Part shown: positions 57,542 through 64,000 of the stretch, one piece after another
Layout of the letters: every line of letters starts with the position of its first letter
Position numbering within the stretch: the stretch's first letter is position 1
Source: Candidatus Latescibacterota bacterium
Lineage (GTDB): Bacteria; Latescibacterota; UBA2968; UBA8231
Length of the DNA: 64,000 bases
Assembly (NCBI GenBank): GCA_964291625.2
Contig: OZ220089.1
Coordinates: forward strand, 832,001-896,000
Reading direction: 5' to 3'
Notes under the pieces: model-generated
Told to the model about the DNA's origin: nothing
What the model saw: the letters and a program-made list of their open reading frames with translations, nothing else
Database searches by the model: none
Program-made: the position numbers and the translations under genes

Positions 57542-60058
57542 TTGCTCGAACGCCTCTTCGAGTCGCTGAGGCCCTTCATCCGGTGGGTGATGCGCCGGCC
57601 GGGCCTGGTGCTGACCGCCTGCGCCCTGCTGACCGCGGCCTCCCTGCGCTTCGCCCTCCAGTTGGGCATCGATGTCGAGCTGTCGAACCTGATCCCCCGG
57701 GACTACCCCAGCGTCATCGCCCTCGATCGGCTGCGCCAGGTGGTCGGCGGCGAGGACCGCGTCGACGTCGCCGTGGAGAGCCCCTCCTTCGAGGCCAACC
57801 GGGCCTGGGCCGAGGAGTTCCTGGCGCGGGCCATGGACCTGCGCTGCCTCGGCGGCACACCCTGCTTCGAGCGCGTCGAGTACCGCCGGGACACCGACTT
57901 CCTGCGGCGCAACGCCCTGTACTTCGCCACCGACGGCGAGCTCGACCAGCTCGAGGGCTACCTGGAGGAGCGCATCGAGGAGGCGCGGCTGGCGGCCAAT
58001 CCCCTCTACTTCGGCCTCGATGACGAGCTCGAGGAAGGGGCGGAGCGGGAGGAGGAGCAAGAGCTGCGCGCCATCTACGACGGCATCGTCCTCCGGGAGT
58101 ACCCGGTCTCCCCCGACAGCACCACCCTGGTCCTGCGCTTCCACCCCGCAGGGTCGCAGACCGACTTCGGCCTGATCGCCGTCCTCTACCGCTCCGTCGA
58201 CTCCCTGGCGGTCGCGGTCGGCCCGGCCCGCTTCCACCCGGAGATGGAGGTGACCTCGGCGGGCCGGCTCCTGCGGCGGCTCACCCAGGTGGAAACGATC
58301 ACGCGTGACGTGCGGCGCTCCTTCGGCGCCGGGGTGACCGCCGTCCTGATGGTGGTGGTCGTCTACTTCGCCTGGAAGTCCTACCGCGCCCGCTCCCGGG
58401 GGCGGCACAGCCTGCGCCTGGCCCTGGCCACGGCGGCGCGCATGCCGGTCATGGCCGTCCTCATCGGGCTGCCCTTCCTCATGAGCCTCTCCTGGACCTT
58501 CGCCCTGGCCCGCCTCGTCCACGGCGACCTGAACCTGATGACGTCGACCCTGGGGCTGGTCCTCTTCGGCCTCGGCATCGACTACGGCATCCACTTCTAC
58601 GCCCGCTACACCGAGGAGCGGGGCGCGGGACGGGACTCGGTGGCCGCGGCGGAGATCACCTTCACGAGCACGGGTCAGGCGATCGCCGTGAGCGCCCTGA
58701 CCACGGCGGGGGCCCTGCTCGTGCTCATGGCGTGCAGCTTCAAGGGCTTCAGCCAGTTCGGGTTCATCGCCGGCGCCGGCATCCTCTTCGCGCTCTTCGC
58801 CATGATCGTCATCCTGCCGGCGCTGGTCTCGCTCTTCGAGGGCTGGTCGCTGCTGCGCTTCGACGCCGGCGCCGGCGGCGGACGGCTGGAGGCCGGCCGC
58901 GGCGGACGCTTCCCCCTGGCGCGGACCGTGATCGCCGCCGGGCTTGTCTCGGTGGCCGCCGCCGTGGTCATGGCGCCCGGGAAGGTGCGCTTCGAGTACC
59001 GCTTCGGGGAGCTGGAGCCGACCTACTCCGAGTACAACGCCCGGCGCGAGAAGGTCCGCGCCGTCTTCCCGCCCGACGGCCGGCGCAACGCCGCCTACAT
59101 CGTCACCGATACCCCCGCCCACGTGCCCGCCGTGGCCGCGGCCCTGCGCCGCCGGGCGGCGGAGGACACCCTGTCGCCGACGATCGCCGAGGTCGTGACG
59201 ATCCAGGACCGCTTCCCCATGGAGGCGGCGGCCCAGGGCGCCAGACTCGACCGGATCGCGCGCATCCGCGCCCTGCTGGCCGATCCCCTGCTCGAGGGAG
59301 AGGACTCCGAGGACCTGCGCCGCCTGCGGCAGGCCTCGCAGACGCGCGCGGCGATCGGCCTGGACCAGGTGCCCGGCTCACTGCGCGATCCCTTCCTCAG
59401 CAAATCGGGAGAGGCGGGCAACTTCCTGCGCATCTACTCCTCCCTGGGCCTCTCCGACGGCCGCAACTCGATCGCCTTCGCCGAGGACGTCTCCCGCATC
59501 GAGGTGGAGGGCCGCACCTACCACGCGGCCTCGCCCACCATCGTCGCCGCCGACGTGCTGCGCCTGGTGCAGCAGGAGTCGCCGTGGATGGTGCTGTTCA
59601 CGGCGGTCCTGGTCTTCCTGTTGATGTGGCTGAACTTCGGGAAGCTGCGCTGGGGCCTGCTGGCCTGCCTGCCCCTGGTGGTGGGCGTGCTGTGGATGCT
59701 GCTGCTCATGGAGCTGCTGCAGATCCGGCTCAACTTCTACAACATGATCGTCCTGCCCGCGGTCCTCGGCATCGGCAACGACGCCGGCGCCCATCTGGTG
59801 CACCGCTACCGGCAGGAGGGCCGCGGCTCGATCCTGCCGGTGCTGCGGTCCACGGGCGAGCACATCACCGTCGGCTCCCTGACCACGGCGATCGGGTTCT
59901 CGGGTCTGTTGCTCAGCTTTCACCCGGGGATCGAGACGATCGGCGTCCTCGCCATCGTCGGCATCGGCTCCACCTGGCTGGCGGCCCTGCTGTTCACGCC
60001 GGCCCTGCTGCAGTGGCTCGAGGACCGGGAGGCCAACCCTCACGACGCTGCAGGGTAA
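57542..60058 (+). CDS. MMPL/RND-family exporter (HpnN-like)
   Basis: Two TM bundles with GLGIDYGIH and GIGNDAGAH, SALTT/GSLTT, large periplasmic loops. Confidence 0.9.
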   Translation: MLERLFESLRPFIRWVMRRPGLVLTACALLTAASLRFALQLGIDVELSNLIPRDYPSVIALDRLRQVVGGEDRVDVAVESPSFEANRAWAEEFLARAMDLRCLGGTPCFERVEYRRDTDFLRRNALYFATDGELDQLEGYLEERIEEARLAANPLYFGLDDELEEGAEREEEQELRAIYDGIVLREYPVSPDSTTLVLRFHPAGSQTDFGLIAVLYRSVDSLAVAVGPARFHPEMEVTSAGRLLRRLTQVETITRDVRRSFGAGVTAVLMVVVVYFAWKSYRARSRGRHSLRLALATAARMPVMAVLIGLPFLMSLSWTFALARLVHGDLNLMTSTLGLVLFGLGIDYGIHFYARYTEERGAGRDSVAAAEITFTSTGQAIAVSALTTAGALLVLMACSFKGFSQFGFIAGAGILFALFAMIVILPALVSLFEGWSLLRFDAGAGGGRLEAGRGGRFPLARTVIAAGLVSVAAAVVMAPGKVRFEYRFGELEPTYSEYNARREKVRAVFPPDGRRNAAYIVTDTPAHVPAVAAALRRRAAEDTLSPTIAEVVTIQDRFPMEAAAQGARLDRIARIRALLADPLLEGEDSEDLRRLRQASQTRAAIGLDQVPGSLRDPFLSKSGEAGNFLRIYSSLGLSDGRNSIAFAEDVSRIEVEGRTYHAASPTIVAADVLRLVQQESPWMVLFTAVLVFLLMWLNFGKLRWGLLACLPLVVGVLWMLLLMELLQIRLNFYNMIVLPAVLGIGNDAGAHLVHRYRQEGRGSILPVLRSTGEHITVGSLTTAIGFSGLLLSFHPGIETIGVLAIVGIGSTWLAALLFTPALLQWLEDREANPHDAAG

Positions 60059-60085
60059 AATGGGTAGAGACGTGATCGTGTCCTA

Positions 60086-60310
60086 CGTCCATATCCGCCA
60101 GCGGAAGGGCCCCTCGCCGCGGGCGACGCGCTCCACAAGGTGAAGACGGCGACCTCCTCGCCGGCGGCGGTGGCGCCGAAGAGGTCCCGCGTCAGGGCGC
60201 TCATGCGGACCTCTCGGGGCGTACATGTGGTCCTGCCGGATCATGGGGCGGCAAGGCGCCGGCCCGGGCGGGCCCGAGAAATGTCGCCGGGGACCCGCTG
60301 TGCCGTCGGA
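60086..60310 (-). pseudogene. decayed duplicate of galM 5' region fused to a dipeptidase fragment
   Basis: 60098-60136 matches 54912-54950; 60139-60310 matches 56014-56213; ATG 60204 gives MSALTRDLFGATAAGEEVAVFTL. Confidence 0.82.
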
Positions 60311-60329
60311 ATGGCCCCGGAGGCGCGCC

Positions 60330-63300
60330 TCAGTCGCCCAGGGTGCTGACGATGCGTCCTTGCGGGTCCACCACGTGGACAGGTCCCCGCCTGAGACCGG
60401 CGCCGCACGAGAAAGGCCTCATCAAGCGGCCATCGCTGCGATCAAAGCCATGGCCCCCAATCCACGCTGCGCTCTCCGGGCGTCCTGCCAGGCGGTCGTC
60501 TCGGGGAAGCAAGTACAGGCTCCTCCCGATGCTCCCCGGCCAGTGCGGATCGGCATCGGCCGGAGTGACGCCTGGAATCGAGGGGACGGCCGCCGCGATC
60601 TTCGCACTTGCCTTGGCGGCCGCACCGTGAGCGTGAATGGCATATGGGTCAGCCACCGTGACGTCCACGCCGTAGCCGAGATCGGCCAGAGACTGAACCG
60701 TGATCGCGCTCAATGCGGCTCCGCCCCAAGGCAGCATGAGTTCGCCCCACTCGAACACCTCACCCCGCCAGTGCGCCGGATCGGACAGCGGCACCTTCGC
60801 ACCCGCGTAGTCCCCTCCGCCGGCGTCGTCGAAGGCGGCAATCGCCAGCGGACCACTGAAGTGCTGGTCGCCATTCGGCGGGTTCTGGTAGTAGCTGAAT
60901 GGCCCCCAGACCGTCCCGAACCCCAGAACGTGCCCTACCTCGTGAAGTCCCGTGATCAGCAGATTCGCCCTCTCCAGGTCGAACCCCATGCATCCCACGA
61001 CCGGCAGATGGGTCTCGTCACGCAACAACGTGGGCCCACCCCACCCTACGGCCTGGTCTCCTTTGAAGGTGGTCATATAGATACGCAGGTCGTCTATCCG
61101 CTCCCCGGAGGGGATCGCATAGGAATGATCGCCGCACCGACCCGACCAGCCCTGAGCGAATTCATGGTCCTGCAGATCCTCGGTAATGACCGACATCCAG
61201 CGCCGGGCCACGAGCCGGAGCACATCCTTCTGGTCTTCGGTGAAGGAGTCGAGAAAGACGAGCTCGATGTCGAAGTCGCCCTTGCCCAACGGCGTAAACA
61301 GTACCATGACCCCGCGGCCTTGGAGGGCGGGGATATGGTCGTCGAGGGAGGAGTCGTTCAGGGGATTCCACCGGAGTTCCAGGTTTGCCAGGTTGGTCAA
61401 GCCGAAGAGTGGCGATATGTCCGTGACCTTGTTGAACCAGAGATCCAGCTCCGTCAGGTTGGTCATGCCCGACAGCGCCTTGATGTCCTCGATGCTGTTG
61501 TCAGAGAGATTCAGCCTCTCCAGGTTGGCAAGACCTGACAATGCCGAGACATCCGTAATGTCGTTGCGGTCAAGGTCCAGGGATTCCAGCTTGGTCAGGC
61601 CTGCCAGTGACGACAGATCCGCAATGCTGTTTGCTTCGAGTACCAGCCATCTCAGGTTGGTCAGTCCTGAAAGCGCCGGGATGTCCACAATGTTGTTAGC
61701 CCCAAGAACCAAGTTGGATAGGCTCGTCATGCCCGAAAGGGCCGAGATGTCCGAAATGGGGTTCACTTGAAGAATCAGGTGCCACAGCTTGGTCAAGTCT
61801 GAAAGCGCCGAGATGTCCTCGATGCTGTTGTACTGAAGCTCCAAGGCTGTCAGGTTGGTCAGGCCCGCGAGTGGCGATATATCCCTGATGCCGCTGTTCT
61901 CGGGGGTCGGAGTGAGGCTGTAGTCAAACAGCGTGAGATTGTTGTAGCCGAGCTTCAGGAACCCCAGTTTGGTCAACCCTGACAAGGCTGAGATATCCGA
62001 AATGCTGTTAGACTGAAGGTCCAGCCTCTCCAGGTCGGTTAGACCTGACAAAGCCGAGATGTCAGTGATGTTGTTATCGCCAAGCCACAGTGTTTTCAGA
62101 CTGGTCAAACCTGCCAGAGGCGAGATGTCCGTGATGTTGTTATCCGGAAGGTCATCACTTGGCCAGCTGGAGAGGTTCAGGTAGGACAGGGTGGTGGCAG
62201 ACTCCAGCCCCGTCAGATCGCTGATTCCCGAGTCGTTGGCCTCGAGGCGGGTCAGGCTCCTCAATTCGGCCTTGGTGATCGGCGCGCCGCTGGCCTTGCC
62301 CAGGGCCTCCTCGATCGCCGCTCGCAGGTTGGCATCGGGAATGGTCACGGGTGTAGCATCGGGTTCCTTGACGATCGCGCGTACTCCCGTGGAGCAGTTG
62401 TTGCCGCCCCTCTCGCCTTCCACGCTGACCACACAGGCGCCGTAGTACCAGGTGCCTTCAGCCGATGGGGCCGTGAGGCTGATCGACTCCGCACTCGCGC
62501 CTTCAGCCGCGAGGGCGCCCACGGCGTCCGAGCCTGCTTCCGTATCCCGGGTGGAGATCGTCCGGTTGGACGAGCGGTAGTAGCGCAGGGTCGTGGCGGC
62601 GGCCCCAGCCGTGCCCTGGTTGCGGACCGTGGCGGTCAATGTGAAGGACTGCCCCGGCGTCAGGGTGCTGTCGCTGACCGAGACCGACTCCACCACCAGG
62701 TCGGCCGGGATGCCGGTCACCTCGAAGGTGTAGGTGCGCAGGACCGTGCCGTCCGATCCCCGCCGCAGCTCCACCCTGGCTTGGCCTGAAGAGCAGCCCG
62801 ACAGGTAGAGTGTCTGGCCGTCTTCGCGCGAGACATCGTCTTCGGCTTCGGCCGGGCAGAAGTTGCCGCGGCCGTGGCGGGTGGTGATCTCCAGCAGGCG
62901 GCCTGTCCCCTCGGGGTTGGCCACCACCGACACGGGCTCATCGGCCTGCACGGTGAAACGATGCCACCCCCCGTCGTCGGCAAACGTCACCGTCGACGGG
63001 TCCGGCGACAGCGAAGGGAGGGCCGGCCCCACCGGCTCGCCGATGCCGGCCGGCATGGCCGGGTCGGCTGGATCGTTGAGCCAGGCGGCGATGACCCAGG
63101 CGTCGGACAGATCGACCTGCCCGTCGGCGTTGACGTCCCCCAGGGAGATGTCGCCGTCGTTGGGCATGACGATGCTGGAGTCCAGGCTGAACAGCGCCAC
63201 CAGCAGGGCGTCGAAGAAATCGACGGCGCCGGTGTTGTCGACGTCGCCCAGGATCCCGCCGGAGGAGGCCGCCTTCCCACGAGGGGCAACGCCCGGAGCT

Positions 63301-63986
63301 TCGACCACCAGGTCCAGCGGCGCCAGGCCCTGATCGACCCGGAAGGCCGGGTTGACATAGGGGACCAGCCCCGGGCCCGAGACCGTCAACCCGTAGACCG
63401 GTCTTGTCTCCCCCTCCGCCGGGGCGGCGCTCTTCCCCAGGCTGGTCGACCCGCCTCGACTCGAGGCAATCCCCGCCTGTCCGTCGATCAGCAGCATCGA
63501 CCGGGTGGCCTGAACCCCGTCCCCGCTCAAGCGGTACAGATAGACCCCGGCCCCCACCGCCGACCCCGCGGCATCGGTGGCGTCCCAACTCGTGGTGTGA
63601 AAGCCGGCTGGCCGTTCTTCGTCGACCAGGGTCGCCACCTGCTGGCCGAGCATGTTGAACACTTCCAGCCGCACGTGCATCGAAGCCGGCAGCTGGTAGG
63701 GGATCACCGTGGACGGGTTGAACGGGTTGGGGTAGTTCGCCCCCAACTCGAAGCGCTCCGGCAGGGCTCCTGCCAGGGCGGCCAGAGGCAGGGTGAAATG
63801 CCCGGACCGGTCCGTGGTGGTGGTGAGTGGGGCGGCGCGCAGATCGGCCTGATCGAACAGCCGCACCTGGGCCCCGGCCGCGGGGGCCCCCGAGGGCAGC
63901 CGCACCCGGCCCTCGATCAGGGGCTCGGCTCCTGCATGGACCGCTGCTCCCAGCGATCCGATGATGCAGATGCTGGCTCCTCTCAT
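60330..63986 (-). CDS. large secreted mosaic protein: FlgD-Ig, dockerin-like, CARDB, internalin-type LRRs, leishmanolysin (M8)-like zinc peptidase
   Basis: Signal peptide; NYPNPFNPST; GDVDNTGAVDFFDAL and GDVNADGQVDLSDA; ADLVV..ATVRNQG; PDANLRAAI cap + 13 LRRs; HEVGHVLGFG..AHW..ELM..SLADLGY; AGGAG RBS. Confidence 0.9.
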   Translation of the reverse strand: MRGASICIIGSLGAAVHAGAEPLIEGRVRLPSGAPAAGAQVRLFDQADLRAAPLTTTTDRSGHFTLPLAALAGALPERFELGANYPNPFNPSTVIPYQLPASMHVRLEVFNMLGQQVATLVDEERPAGFHTTSWDATDAAGSAVGAGVYLYRLSGDGVQATRSMLLIDGQAGIASSRGGSTSLGKSAAPAEGETRPVYGLTVSGPGLVPYVNPAFRVDQGLAPLDLVVEAPGVAPRGKAASSGGILGDVDNTGAVDFFDALLVALFSLDSSIVMPNDGDISLGDVNADGQVDLSDAWVIAAWLNDPADPAMPAGIGEPVGPALPSLSPDPSTVTFADDGGWHRFTVQADEPVSVVANPEGTGRLLEITTRHGRGNFCPAEAEDDVSREDGQTLYLSGCSSGQARVELRRGSDGTVLRTYTFEVTGIPADLVVESVSVSDSTLTPGQSFTLTATVRNQGTAGAAATTLRYYRSSNRTISTRDTEAGSDAVGALAAEGASAESISLTAPSAEGTWYYGACVVSVEGERGGNNCSTGVRAIVKEPDATPVTIPDANLRAAIEEALGKASGAPITKAELRSLTRLEANDSGISDLTGLESATTLSYLNLSSWPSDDLPDNNITDISPLAGLTSLKTLWLGDNNITDISALSGLTDLERLDLQSNSISDISALSGLTKLGFLKLGYNNLTLFDYSLTPTPENSGIRDISPLAGLTNLTALELQYNSIEDISALSDLTKLWHLILQVNPISDISALSGMTSLSNLVLGANNIVDIPALSGLTNLRWLVLEANSIADLSSLAGLTKLESLDLDRNDITDVSALSGLANLERLNLSDNSIEDIKALSGMTNLTELDLWFNKVTDISPLFGLTNLANLELRWNPLNDSSLDDHIPALQGRGVMVLFTPLGKGDFDIELVFLDSFTEDQKDVLRLVARRWMSVITEDLQDHEFAQGWSGRCGDHSYAIPSGERIDDLRIYMTTFKGDQAVGWGGPTLLRDETHLPVVGCMGFDLERANLLITGLHEVGHVLGFGTVWGPFSYYQNPPNGDQHFSGPLAIAAFDDAGGGDYAGAKVPLSDPAHWRGEVFEWGELMLPWGGAALSAITVQSLADLGYGVDVTVADPYAIHAHGAAAKASAKIAAAVPSIPGVTPADADPHWPGSIGRSLYLLPRDDRLAGRPESAAWIGGHGFDRSDGRLMRPFSCGAGLRRGPVHVVDPQGRIVSTLGD
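61355..62262 (-). repeat. 22-aa (66-bp) leucine-rich repeat array, 13 units
   Basis: LT.L..L.L..N.I.DIS.L.G consensus; two units carry insertions. Confidence 0.88.
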
Positions 63987-64000
63987 TCCCTCAACTCCTT

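Noticed and set aside
61355-62262. 66-bp periodicity as a CRISPR array
   Set aside because: Degenerate in-frame LRR coding repeats, no identical repeats with unique spacers, no cas genes.
60330-63986. Diversity-generating retroelement target
   Set aside because: No reverse transcriptase and no TR/VR pair with adenine-specific mismatches in the window.

Overview
High-GC bacterial window, about 55 genes, mostly on the minus strand. Gene content (FlgD-Ig/T9SS-A-like sorting domains, a PorV-like barrel, internalin-type LRR, collagen and HEAT proteins, sulfatase, several PhyH and amidohydrolase genes) suggests an FCB-group or similar organism, possibly a marine-invertebrate symbiont MAG; this is inference only. 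The backbone has a peptide ABC operon (opp/dpp), a sugar ABC operon with catabolic enzymes, hemG-hemA-ccsA and msrB. Three lower-GC inserts interrupt it: (1) a type II R-M pair (N6-adenine MTase + DpnII-like nuclease) bracketed by a 10-bp direct repeat; (2) a RecQ-PRTase + DprA-like pair (RqlH/RqlI-like, candidate TA or defence module); (3) a pgsA-like gene between two IS3 remnants, inside a block bounded by a decayed duplication of the galM/dipeptidase region. The best candidate for an undescribed element is a ~350-nt, densely structured minus-strand transcript unit at 30292-30640. It has its own promoter and terminator, a near-perfect Shine-Dalgarno, a 12-aa micro-ORF and mutually exclusive pairings. 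Four genes carry single-base frameshifts in or next to G/C runs, probably long-read errors. No rRNA, tRNA or CRISPR array was recognised.
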